Program-made: the position numbers and the translations under genes | Assembly: GCA_963626825.1 (NCBI GenBank) | Contig: CAVFXO010000032.1 | Coordinates: forward strand, 1-63,196 | Direction: 5' to 3' | Source of the DNA: a bacterium | GTDB lineage: Bacteria; Bacteroidota; Bacteroidia; Bacteroidales; UBA932 | DNA length: 63,196 bases | Shown here: one piece after another, positions 1-8,885 of the stretch | Numbering within the stretch: position 1 is the stretch's first letter | How the letters are laid out: every line of letters starts with the position of its first letter | The notes under the pieces: generated by a model | Seen by the model: the letters and a program-made list of their open reading frames with translations, nothing else | Databases searched by the model: none | What the model was told of the DNA's origin: nothing

Positions 1-51
1 TTAAGCCTGCCGCTAGCGTTCATCCTGAGCCAGGATCAAACTCTTCTTTGT
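1..51 (-). rRNA. rrs: 16S rRNA, 5' end (gene continues off the left edge)
   Basis: The reverse complement of 1-44 is AGAGTTTGATCCTGGCTCAGGATGAACGCTAGCGGCAGGCTTAA, the 27F site plus a Bacteroidetes-type continuation. The mature 5' end is estimated. Confidence 0.97.
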
Positions 52-205
52 ATATTTCTATTTCTCTTAGCTTGCTCCTGACGCTCTAATTCCTTAAAAG
101 AATTAACGCTCTCGATTAAATTTTTCTTGAATTCTCTCGGTACTTGCTTGTACTTATCTTTCCAATATTTTCAAAGAACTGTTTCGCTCAGCGCGAAAGG
201 GACTG

Positions 206-236
206 CAAATATAGAGACTTTATTTTAATTCACAAA
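206..236 (-). promoter_or_regulatory. rRNA operon promoter (Bacteroidetes -33/-7 type)
   Basis: Minus strand TTTG (236-233), 19 nt, TATATTTG (213-206), matching TTTG-N19-21-TAnnTTTG and pointing into the 16S gene. Confidence 0.85.
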
Positions 237-423
237 CTTTTTCAAAAAATATTTTCAAATTTTCCGAAAATTTTTCGCCCTGACATCCACGCCGCCATTA
301 TGCGCCGGCAAAACCTGCCCGTCACCCGGCACGGCGAAACACAGTAAGTGCCTACATACGTCCGTTCCGGCAACTATATTAAAGATTACTGCGCCGTACC
401 GCCGGAAATCGGCGTAAAAATGC

Positions 424-431
424 TAAATTTG
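424..431 (+). promoter_or_regulatory. -7 promoter element for the chrA-chrA-GH20 unit
   Basis: TAAATTTG about 35 nt upstream of the first ORF. Confidence 0.55.
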
Positions 432-466
432 TACCTTTCGCGGGCCAAAATCACCTGCGGGCATTA

Positions 467-1021
467 ATGTATATGGCGTCATTGTGGCAGATTTTCGGGG
501 TATTCGCCAAGATTGGCACCTTCACTATAGGAGGCGGCTATGCGATGATCCCCATAATAGAAGATGAACTAAAAAAACGCGGCTGGGTGGACGAAAGCGA
601 GATCGAAGACGTGGTGGTCCTCGCCCAGAGCGCGCCGGGGCTGTTGGCAGTCAATATGGCCATTTTTTCCGGATACAAGATCCGTGGGCTTAAGGGCAGC
701 ATCGCGGCCACGATTGGCGCAGTGCTCCCGTCCTTTATAATAATACTCGCGATCGCGATGGTATTCACCTCATTCAAAGAGAACACCATTATCCAGCGCA
801 TATTCCAGGGCATACGGCCCGTGGCGGTGGCGCTGATCCTGGTGCCGGCATACAATATGGCCAGAAAAGGGAACAGGACCTGGTGGGCCTGGGCACTGAC
901 CTTCGGCACGGCGTTCCTGGTAGCGTTCCTCAAGATCTCCGTCATCTGGATACTCATCTGCCTTCTGACCGTATCCATAACCGTAGAAGTGGCCAGGGAG
1001 GGGCGTCATAAGAAATGCTAA
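467..1021 (+). CDS. chrA: Short-chain chromate transporter (CHR family), subunit 1
   Basis: FTIGGGYAM and AQSAPG CHR motifs; hydrophobic 184 aa. The start may be 473. Confidence 0.92.
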   Translation: MYMASLWQIFGVFAKIGTFTIGGGYAMIPIIEDELKKRGWVDESEIEDVVVLAQSAPGLLAVNMAIFSGYKIRGLKGSIAATIGAVLPSFIIILAIAMVFTSFKENTIIQRIFQGIRPVAVALILVPAYNMARKGNRTWWAWALTFGTAFLVAFLKISVIWILICLLTVSITVEVAREGRHKKC

Positions 1022-1611
1022 CCCTCATTCTGCAGCTCTTCTCGACCTTTTTCATAATAGGTCTGTTCAATTTCGGCGGGGGCGGCGCGATGATCTCCCT
1101 CATCCAGAACCAGGTGGTGGGCGTGCGCGGCTGGATCACCGAAACGGCGTTCACCGACATCACGGCCATCTCGCAGACCACTCCCGGGCCAATCGGCATA
1201 AACTGCGCGACCTACGTGGGCTACCAGGTGATGCACGACGCGGGCTTCGGGAACCTGGCCGGAGTGCTGGGCAGCGCGACCGCGACATTTGCCATCGTCC
1301 TGCCTTCGTTCCTGATCTTCTACCTTCTGATGAAGCTGTTCACGCATTTCCAGCACGACCCGCGCTTCATCGGGGTGATGAACGTACTGAAACCTGCCGT
1401 TGCGGGTATGATACTTGCGGCGTGCATAATCTTGACATTCCACATCTCCTGGGACGGACTGCTGCCCCAAGTGAGCGTGATCGAGGAGAATTTCCCGGAC
1501 TGGAAGAGCTGGGCGCTGTTCGCCGGGGCCTTCGGAGCCACCTGTTTCCTTAAGGCCAATCCTATCGTGGTGATTCTCGCATCGGGAGTGCTCGGCCTGA
1601 TACTATACTGA
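1015..1611 (+). CDS. chrA: Short-chain chromate transporter (CHR family), subunit 2
   Basis: FNFGGGGAM and SQTTPGPIGIN motifs; overlaps subunit 1 as in typical SCHR pairs. Confidence 0.92.
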   Translation: MLTLILQLFSTFFIIGLFNFGGGGAMISLIQNQVVGVRGWITETAFTDITAISQTTPGPIGINCATYVGYQVMHDAGFGNLAGVLGSATATFAIVLPSFLIFYLLMKLFTHFQHDPRFIGVMNVLKPAVAGMILAACIILTFHISWDGLLPQVSVIEENFPDWKSWALFAGAFGATCFLKANPIVVILASGVLGLILY

Positions 1612-1629
1612 TAATCAAACTTTTGTTAT

Positions 1630-3270
1630 ATGAAACTGTTGCTAATATCCATGCTGCTTGCCAGCACCATCAACATTATCCCGGCGCCGCTCAGCGTAAG
1701 GGAGGACAGCGGAACCTTCAAACTGAAGGGATCATCCATCAACTGCGACTCCAGGATGGGCGAGACAGCCTATCAGGCAATCAAGGAATTCTCCAGCCAG
1801 CTCACCCTGTGCGCAGGGCAGATCTACCCTGTGGGCAGACCGTCAAGGCTCGACCAGAGCGTTCGCGATGGGAACGTGAAGGGCTTCGTGTTCTATGTGG
1901 ATCCTACCCTGGTGGAAGAAGCCTATACCATAAACATCACCAAAAAGAGCGTGATAGTGGGAGCGTCGTCGGACAACGGGTTCCTCTACGCGATCCAGAG
2001 CATCAAGCAGATGCTTCCGGTGGCGATCTACGGAAATGCTGCCGCCGAGGATCAGAAATGGGAGCTGCCGTGCTGCGAGATAAAGGACAAACCGCGCTTC
2101 GGCTACAGAGGAGTGGAGCTGGACTGCTGCCGCCATTTCTTCAGTGTGGACGAGGTGAAGAAGGTGCTCGATATGATGGCTACGCTCAAGCTAAACCGTC
2201 TGCACTGGCATCTGACCGAGGATCAGGGCTGGAGGGCTGAGATCAAGTCCTATCCGCGCCTTACCGAAGTGGGAGCATACAGGAGCGGCACCATGGTGGG
2301 CTATTATGACGGTCCGTCGGACAACATCCGCTACGGCGGCTACTATACTCAGGAGCAGATGAAGGAAGTCGTGGCTTACGCCGGCAAACTTGGCATAGAG
2401 GTCATCCCTGAAGTGGATCTTCCGGGCCATATGGTAGCGGCGCTGGCTTCTTATCCTGAGCTGGGATGCTTCGGCGGCCCTTACGAGGTGTGGTACAGAT
2501 GGGGCGTGTCTCCGGATGTGCTTTGCCCTGGCAAGGAAGTCACTTTCCAGTTCCTGGAGGGCGTGCTGGGCGAACTCTGCGAGATCTTCCCGAGCGAATA
2601 TTTCCACATAGGCGGTGACGAGTGTCCGAAGACCAATTGGGAGAAATGTCCTGACTGTCAGGCCAGAATCAAGGAGCTTGGCCTGAAGGGCGACGAGCAT
2701 GCGAGCGCTGAACAGAGGCTTCAGAACTACGTGACCTCACGCGTGCAGAAGTTCCTCGAGAGCAAGGGCAAGAAGATCATAGGCTGGGACGAGATTCTGG
2801 AGGGCGATCTGGACAAGGGCGCCACCGTGATGTCTTGGAGAGGCACGAGCGGCGGCATCAAGGCTTCGAATCTCGGGTTCGACGTCATAATGACCCCTAC
2901 CGACTATTGTTATTTCGATTACTGCCAAAGCCCTCTCAAACGGGAAAGCGACGAGCCTATCTGCGCATTCTGGGGCGACCTGACCTTCAGGAAAGTATAT
3001 TCGTTCAACCCTACCGACGGTCTGTCACCGGAAGCTGCGAAGCACATCCTCGGGGCCCAGGCCAATGTGTGGACGGAGTACATCCCTTCGAACGAGCAGC
3101 TCGAGTATATGCTTATGCCGCGTCTGTTCGCGCTGTGCGAAGTTCAGTGGTGCGAACCTGCCAACAAGCACTACGAGCCGTTCTGCGAAAGGGTTAAGAG
3201 CTGGGGATTCCAGATGCTTGACCTGCGCGGATTCAATTACCGCGACAAGCCGAATTTCACGGAGGAGTAG
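1630..3270 (+). CDS. Beta-N-acetylhexosaminidase, GH20
   Basis: D-x-PRF-x-YRG, LHWHLTEDQGWR and catalytic HIGGDE motifs; N-terminal signal. Confidence 0.95.
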   Translation: MKLLLISMLLASTINIIPAPLSVREDSGTFKLKGSSINCDSRMGETAYQAIKEFSSQLTLCAGQIYPVGRPSRLDQSVRDGNVKGFVFYVDPTLVEEAYTINITKKSVIVGASSDNGFLYAIQSIKQMLPVAIYGNAAAEDQKWELPCCEIKDKPRFGYRGVELDCCRHFFSVDEVKKVLDMMATLKLNRLHWHLTEDQGWRAEIKSYPRLTEVGAYRSGTMVGYYDGPSDNIRYGGYYTQEQMKEVVAYAGKLGIEVIPEVDLPGHMVAALASYPELGCFGGPYEVWYRWGVSPDVLCPGKEVTFQFLEGVLGELCEIFPSEYFHIGGDECPKTNWEKCPDCQARIKELGLKGDEHASAEQRLQNYVTSRVQKFLESKGKKIIGWDEILEGDLDKGATVMSWRGTSGGIKASNLGFDVIMTPTDYCYFDYCQSPLKRESDEPICAFWGDLTFRKVYSFNPTDGLSPEAAKHILGAQANVWTEYIPSNEQLEYMLMPRLFALCEVQWCEPANKHYEPFCERVKSWGFQMLDLRGFNYRDKPNFTEE

Positions 3271-3274
3271 ATAT

Positions 3275-3352
3275 AATCAGAAAGGGCCGCATCATCTCGA
3301 CGCTGCCCTTTCCTTCTAACCTAAAATTTAACCTATGAAAAAACTATTCGGT
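3275..3352 (-). ncRNA. Candidate sigma54-dependent small RNA (about 78 nt) ending in a hairpin at 3280-3312
   Basis: Lies between a -24/-12 motif (3364-3378, minus) and the hairpin GAAAGGGC...GCCCTTTC, whose inner stem has a G-U pair only on the minus strand. No ORF. Confidence 0.55.
3280..3312. terminator. Hairpin terminator, probably bidirectional (GH20 and the candidate sRNA)
   Basis: GAAAGGGC/GCCCTTTC stem 9 nt after the GH20 stop. Confidence 0.7.
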
Positions 3353-3363
3353 TAAGATTTATT

Positions 3364-3378
3364 ACAATCCCCGTGCCA
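3364..3378 (-). promoter_or_regulatory. Sigma54 (-24/-12) promoter motif
   Basis: Minus strand TGGCACG-GGGA-TTGT against the consensus TGGCACG-N4-TTGC; one mismatch, at -12. Confidence 0.6.
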
Positions 3379-3448
3379 CGATTTTGCGCGGAAGAAAAAT
3401 TTTTACGTTTTTTACATTAAAAATTCGCTTTTGCGAAAACTGAGGATT

Positions 3449-4780
3449 ATGTATAACATCGCCATCATAGGGGCCGGACCCGCCGGTTACGTGGCCGCGC
3501 AGAGGGCCGCTGAAGCTGGGCTTAAAGTTATCCTGTTCGAAGACAGAGAATTGGGAGGAGTGTGCCTGAACGAGGGCTGCATCCCCACCAAGACGCTTCT
3601 TTACAGCGCCAAGCTCTACACACAGAGCCGCGAAAGCGAGAAATTCGGCGTGCAGAATGACAACACCTCCTTCGATTATGGCAAAATCCTGTCACGAAAG
3701 GACAAGGTGACCCGGAAACTGGTCGGTGCCATCCGCGTCTCGATGCGCAATCTGGGCGTGGAAGTAGTGAAAGGTCACGCCGTCATAGAGGGCGGTGTAA
3801 AGGGAAACTTTACAATTTCCTCTGACGGGCAGTCCTTCAGCGCAGAGAATCTGCTTCTCTGCACCGGAAGCCACGCGTTCACCCCGAAGCTCGATTGGCT
3901 CGAGGACGACAGGATAATGACCAGTACCGAGGCTCTGGCACTGCAGGAAGTGCCGGCGAGCCTGGCTATAATAGGGGGCGGCGTGATAGGCATAGAATTC
4001 GCGAGCCTTTTCCACGCTCTCGGCTCCGACGTGACCGTGTTTGAGCTGACGGGCGAAATTCTGGGCCCGTTCGATGCCGACATGGCAGGGAGCCTGCGCG
4101 AAACGCTCACTAGGCAGGGCATAAAGTTCTTCCTGAACGGCGACGAGGCGGGCAAGGAGGAGGTTCTGAAAGCGGAGAAGATACTTCTGTGCATAGGACG
4201 CAAGCCTAACGTCGAGGGCTTCGGAATGGAGTCTGTCGGACTGCAGGCCAATGCGCGCGGGGCGGTCGAGGTCAATGAGAATATGCGCACCGCAGTTCCG
4301 GGAATCTACGCTGCAGGCGACATCACGGGCCAATATATGCTCGCGCATTGTGCCAGCAGGGAGGCCGAAGTGGCGGTAAACGACATTCTCGGGCTGCCGG
4401 ACCGTATGGATTATAGGGCTGTGCCGAGCGCGGTGTACTGCAAGCCGGAAATCGCCTCCACGGGACTTACCGAGAAGCAGGCCATAAGACAGGGCACTGA
4501 ATACGAGGTGCACAAGCTTCCGCTCACCTATTCCGGCCGGTTCGTGGCCGAGACGGAGCGTGAAAACGGAATGTGCAAGATAATATGCGAAAAAGGCGGC
4601 GGGAAAGTGCTCGGGGTGCAGATCCTGGGCGGACCTGCCTCCGAGATGATATCCCAGGGGTGTCTGGCGATAGAAAACGGTATGACGCTGGGGGCGCTCA
4701 GGAAAGTTATCTTCCCTCACCCGAGCGTATCGGAGATAATCAAAGAAACCAGCTGGTCAGCTGAAGTGGAGTCGAAGTAA
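3449..4780 (+). CDS. lpdA: Dihydrolipoyl dehydrogenase
   Basis: GAGPAG FAD motif, redox-active GGVCLNEGCIPTK, C-terminal HPSVSE. Start trimmed to ATG 3449. Confidence 0.95.
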   Translation: MYNIAIIGAGPAGYVAAQRAAEAGLKVILFEDRELGGVCLNEGCIPTKTLLYSAKLYTQSRESEKFGVQNDNTSFDYGKILSRKDKVTRKLVGAIRVSMRNLGVEVVKGHAVIEGGVKGNFTISSDGQSFSAENLLLCTGSHAFTPKLDWLEDDRIMTSTEALALQEVPASLAIIGGGVIGIEFASLFHALGSDVTVFELTGEILGPFDADMAGSLRETLTRQGIKFFLNGDEAGKEEVLKAEKILLCIGRKPNVEGFGMESVGLQANARGAVEVNENMRTAVPGIYAAGDITGQYMLAHCASREAEVAVNDILGLPDRMDYRAVPSAVYCKPEIASTGLTEKQAIRQGTEYEVHKLPLTYSGRFVAETERENGMCKIICEKGGGKVLGVQILGGPASEMISQGCLAIENGMTLGALRKVIFPHPSVSEIIKETSWSAEVESK

Positions 4781-5679
4781 TCTTCGACTCTTTCTTTTTC
4801 CAGGGCTTCGCGGATGGATGTAAAGTCATACTTTACTCCTTCAAGACGTGAAGCAAGAATATTCGCGCTTTCCGCTCCCAGAAAATCACCCGAAAAGACG
4901 ACGGAGCGTATCGTTCCGCTCTGCACATCCAGCCACGCATCCACCTGTCCGCAGGGAAGATGGGCCTGACGATGAAGCGGGGCCTGGGTACGCTTTCCGT
5001 AAAGCCAGCCCACAGAAGAGAATTTGTCGCGGTTCAGCCTGTCTATTTCAGCCCTCTGGGCTTCGCTCAGGCAATATTCGGGCATAGGAGGAAAGGTGGA
5101 GAGAAGGAGCCGTTCAAAGTCCAGCACGGACCGGGTCTGGGGGAGCCAGTCCCGGAGATTAGCCACAGCGCTGCGCACGGACTTCACGCCCTTGCGGGAA
5201 AGCTTGCCCTGAGGAGTGTCCAGCGCGTGCTGGAGGGTGTCCAGGTCCACATCATAGAGCAGCGTGCCGTGAACGAGCCACCTGTCACATTCCATACGGC
5301 GGGCATAGCCGGAGACCTTGCGACCTGCCACGAAGATGTCGTTCCGCCCGGTCTTTTCCGCCGGAACACCGAGCTGCCGGAGCGCCCCGACTATGGGGTC
5401 CACGCTGACGTTTTCTCCTATGAATGAATAGTTAAGATTGTTAAGGTCGTGGTATACGGCCCCGCCCCCGGTGGTGCGGCGGGCGAGGGCGATGCCATTT
5501 TGAGCCAAGTAATCCAGGTTCACCTCGGTGTAGGCGTCCTGATTCTCGCCTATGATTACAGACGGACGGTTACGCCAAAGATAAAACCAGCTTTCGCCCC
5601 CGGGCAGGTTTTTAAGTGCCCAGGATTCGAAAGCCATATTGTAACAGGGGTCAACGGAGCTGACCTGGATGTATCTCAT
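4717..5679 (-). CDS. lplA: Lipoate-protein ligase A
   Basis: RRTTGGGAVYHD, GRNDI..GRKVSG and HGTLL motifs. Confidence 0.93.
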   Translation of the reverse strand: MRYIQVSSVDPCYNMAFESWALKNLPGGESWFYLWRNRPSVIIGENQDAYTEVNLDYLAQNGIALARRTTGGGAVYHDLNNLNYSFIGENVSVDPIVGALRQLGVPAEKTGRNDIFVAGRKVSGYARRMECDRWLVHGTLLYDVDLDTLQHALDTPQGKLSRKGVKSVRSAVANLRDWLPQTRSVLDFERLLLSTFPPMPEYCLSEAQRAEIDRLNRDKFSSVGWLYGKRTQAPLHRQAHLPCGQVDAWLDVQSGTIRSVVFSGDFLGAESANILASRLEGVKYDFTSIREALEKERVEDYFDSTSADQLVSLIISDTLG

Positions 5680-6347
5680 TATTCAGCCACTTTGACAGCC
5701 ACGATCTTGACCGGGGTGACAGGACAGTCCCTGGCGTCGGTCTGAACGGAAGCGATCTTGTCTATCACGTCAAGTCCGGACACTGCCTGGCCGAAGACTG
5801 TGTATTGGCCGTCAAGCTGGGCACAGGTCCTCTCGTCCTGCACGATGTAGAACTGGGAGCCGCTGCTCTCGCGAAGAGGATTGGCACGGTCTCCGCGACG
5901 CGCGGTAGCGAGCGCACCCTTCAGATGCCTGTGGTTAGGCAGTATCTCGGCAGGAACGGTGTATCCCGGGCCGCCGGTGCCCCAAGCGGATTTCTGGTCA
6001 GGGTCCTTCGACAGCGGGTCGCCGGCCTGTATCATAAAGCCATTGATGACTCTGTGGAAGAGGATGCCGTCATAGAAGCCTTCCAGGGCCAGACGCTCGA
6101 AGTTGTCACGGGTCTTCGGGGTGTCAGCGAAAAGTTTCACGCGTATAGTTCCGAGCGTGGTGATGATATCGAATTCGGGCTCGTCAGGAAGGGCTGCGAT
6201 CTTCTCGGCGAGTTTTTTCTCCTTCTCGATGATGGCGGTGGAGTCAACCGGCTCCGCCTCGGCCTGCCTGGCAGCGTTCTTGTGTCCGCCACCGCAGGAT
6301 GTGAAAAACATTGCGCACATAAGGGTAATGGGGATTAACTTTTTCAT
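5679..6347 (-). CDS. Cyclophilin-type peptidyl-prolyl isomerase, lipoprotein
   Basis: FHRVINGFMIQAGDP, SSGSQFYI and LDGQYTVFG motifs. The true start MKKL..FTSC (lipobox) is at 6347, with an ATGA overlap with the upstream gene. Confidence 0.93.
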   Translation of the reverse strand: MKKLIPITLMCAMFFTSCGGGHKNAARQAEAEPVDSTAIIEKEKKLAEKIAALPDEPEFDIITTLGTIRVKLFADTPKTRDNFERLALEGFYDGILFHRVINGFMIQAGDPLSKDPDQKSAWGTGGPGYTVPAEILPNHRHLKGALATARRGDRANPLRESSGSQFYIVQDERTCAQLDGQYTVFGQAVSGLDVIDKIASVQTDARDCPVTPVKIVAVKVAE

Positions 6348-7783
6348 TTCTTTATCTCTTTGTAAATTAAATACATATAGATCACGAGCAGAGCCGTGCC
6401 GCCTATGAGGGACAGCACCGTGCCGCATCTGGACACCGCGAAGACATATATGACATAAAGCACAGCGGCGCTTAATAAGAACCGGCCCATAGCCTTCAGA
6501 TCATAAGGCACGGGGTAATGCTTCTGGCCGAGGATGAAGCTTAGCAGCATAGCCACGCCGTATCCGGCAAATCCGCCCCAGGCGCAGGCCATATAACCGC
6601 AGCGGGGCACGAACACGACATTTATCGTTATCATCACGGCCGCTCCGACGGCACTCATAAGCGCACCCCACCAGGTCTTGTCGGTGAGCTTGTACCAGAA
6701 GGACAGGTTGAAATAGACTCCCATAAAGATCTCGGCCATCATCACGACAGGCACGACACGCAGTCCGGCCCAGTAGTCCGGCTGGATGAAATACTTCAGG
6801 ATTGGCAAGTAAAACATTACCGCCAGCCAGGCGAGCAGGGAGAAGATGATGAAATATTTGGTGCCGGCGGTGAGGTTGTCGGTCTTGTCGGCGTCGCTGC
6901 GGCCGTTGAAAACTATTGGCTCATAGGCATAGCGGAAGGCCTGGGTAAGCAAAGCCATTATCATCGCGAGCTTCACGCAGGCGCCATAGATTCCGAGCTG
7001 CACCTGGCCGTCGTGGCCCGGGAGAAGATAAGGGAAAAGGATCTTGTCCGCCACCTGATTCAGGATCCCGACAAGCGAGAGAAGCAGCAGCGGGAAGGAG
7101 TATCTGAGCATCCTCCGGGCCAATGCGCCGTCCCAGCCGTAGCCGATGGAACGGAACTCAGGAAGGAAAAGGAGGCCTACCACGGCGGTGCAGAACAGAT
7201 TGGCAAAGAAAATGAGACCGACCCCGTCGCTGAAGCGGTGGTAGATGTCCTGGAGGGCGCCGATCTGCGGCATCGCGAGGAAGATGAAGAGATTCAGGGC
7301 AATGTTCAGGATGATGAAGGTCATCTTGAGGGCCATAAAGCGGAACGGGCGTCTGGTCTGGCGGAGCTTGCTGAACATTATGGCTTGAACGGCGTCAAAC
7401 GAGGTGATGAGCGCGAAGCAGGCTATGTACTCCGGATGTGCGCCGTACCCCATCGCGGTGCTGACCGGCTGCAGGAATGCCAATACGGCCGCGAGGAACA
7501 CTGCCGCGACACCACTGACCATCCTGAGCGCAGTGGAATAAACCATACGGGGGTTCTCGTCGCTGCGTCCGCTGAAACGGAAGAAGGTGGTCTCCATACC
7601 GAAGGTGAGGAGGCAGAGAAGCAGTGCTGAATAAGCATAGAGGTTAGTGACTATGCCGTACCCTCCGCTGCCCGCAGCGATCTTGTATGTATATAGCGGG
7701 ACGAGCAGGTAGTTCAGAAATCTGCCTACAATGCTGCTCAGCCCATATATGGCCGTATCCTTGGCCAATGCCTTAAGATTCAT
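6344..7783 (-). CDS. Wzx-like oligosaccharide flippase / polysaccharide biosynthesis protein
   Basis: Multi-TM 479 aa with the MOP-family start LAKDTAIYGLSSIVGRFLNYLLVPLYT. Confidence 0.85.
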   Translation of the reverse strand: MNLKALAKDTAIYGLSSIVGRFLNYLLVPLYTYKIAAGSGGYGIVTNLYAYSALLLCLLTFGMETTFFRFSGRSDENPRMVYSTALRMVSGVAAVFLAAVLAFLQPVSTAMGYGAHPEYIACFALITSFDAVQAIMFSKLRQTRRPFRFMALKMTFIILNIALNLFIFLAMPQIGALQDIYHRFSDGVGLIFFANLFCTAVVGLLFLPEFRSIGYGWDGALARRMLRYSFPLLLLSLVGILNQVADKILFPYLLPGHDGQVQLGIYGACVKLAMIMALLTQAFRYAYEPIVFNGRSDADKTDNLTAGTKYFIIFSLLAWLAVMFYLPILKYFIQPDYWAGLRVVPVVMMAEIFMGVYFNLSFWYKLTDKTWWGALMSAVGAAVMITINVVFVPRCGYMACAWGGFAGYGVAMLLSFILGQKHYPVPYDLKAMGRFLLSAAVLYVIYVFAVSRCGTVLSLIGGTALLVIYMYLIYKEIKK

Positions 7784-7799
7784 AGGATGCGAAGATACG

Positions 7800-7833
7800 A
7801 AAAAAGAGGCTAACCGGTACGGGTCAGCCTCTT
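7800..7833 (-). terminator. Intrinsic terminator after tsf
   Basis: Minus strand AAGAGGCTGACC-loop-GGTTAGCCTCTT followed by a T run. Confidence 0.85.
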
Positions 7834-7855
7834 ATTCTGTGTTAATCTGCAGAGA

Positions 7856-8851
7856 TTAGTCTGAAAGAGAGAAGCGCTTGAATGCGACGATCTTGGCATC
7901 CTTGTCGGCTGCCTGGAGGGCTGCCTTCACTGATACGTGATCATCTCTCATCTGGTACTCCTGCTCTTCGAGAGTCTGCTCCTTGAAGAACTTCTGGAGA
8001 CGTCCGTTGGCGATGTTCTGGATCATCTGCTCGTTAAGGTTCGCAGCCTTCTCCGCTGACACGGTCTTGATGATCTCACGTGCCTGTGCAGCCTGCTCTG
8101 GGGTAAGCCAGCCCTTGGCTGTGTTAGACTCGATGTGATCCTCGCTGTCCACGTGTGCAGGATTGATGCCTGCCTTCTTAAGAGCAGCCTCAACTGCCTT
8201 GAGAACCATCTCCTCGCGCGTCTTCTGAATTGCAACCGTCAGCTCGTTGTCAACCACCTCTTTAGGGCAGTCTGCAGCGCTGATGGCTACAGGATTCATG
8301 GATGCGACCTGCATTACGATACCCTTCGCGAGCTCCGCCTCGACAGGCTTGTTGAAGCCTACGAGAGCACCGAGCTTACCGTTAAGAGTATGTATGTAAG
8401 CGGCTACGAAAGGAGCCTCTACGATGGCATAGTAGCAAAGAACGTGTTTCTCACCGGTCTTGCCTGTCTGAGCCTCAACTGCTTCCTCTACGGTATAGCC
8501 ATCGGCCATCTTGCAGGCCTTGAGGGCCTCGATGTCTGCAGGTGCATTGGCGATAGCCACGTCTGCAATAGCTTCTGCGAGGTTCTGGAAGTCTGCGTTG
8601 CGGGACACGAAGTCGGTCTCACATCCCAGACATACAAGAATAGCCTTTCCGTCGGCGATGCGGGATTTGACCGCACCTTCTGAAGTCTCGCGGTCGGCAC
8701 GCTTGGCCGCTACGAGTTTACCTTTCTCACGGATGATGCCGATAGCCTTGTTGAAGTCGCCTTCAGCTTCCTCGAGGGCTTTCTTGCAGTCCATCATACC
8801 TGCTGAAGTCATCTTGCGCAACTTCATTACGTCTGCTGCTGTAATTGCCAT
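7856..8851 (-). CDS. tsf: Elongation factor Ts
   Basis: LRKMTSAGMMDCKKAL and CETDFV motifs; follows rpsB. Confidence 0.98.
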   Translation of the reverse strand: MAITAADVMKLRKMTSAGMMDCKKALEEAEGDFNKAIGIIREKGKLVAAKRADRETSEGAVKSRIADGKAILVCLGCETDFVSRNADFQNLAEAIADVAIANAPADIEALKACKMADGYTVEEAVEAQTGKTGEKHVLCYYAIVEAPFVAAYIHTLNGKLGALVGFNKPVEAELAKGIVMQVASMNPVAISAADCPKEVVDNELTVAIQKTREEMVLKAVEAALKKAGINPAHVDSEDHIESNTAKGWLTPEQAAQAREIIKTVSAEKAANLNEQMIQNIANGRLQKFFKEQTLEEQEYQMRDDHVSVKAALQAADKDAKIVAFKRFSLSD

Positions 8852-8885
8852 AATGGATTATATTTCTAACAGTTTAACAAATGGA

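Noticed and set aside
144..347. 67-aa ORF
   Set aside because: Lies antisense over the rRNA leader and promoter.
7856..8851. Long EF-Ts with an internal insertion
   Set aside because: An EF-Ts of about 330 aa is normal in Bacteroidales.
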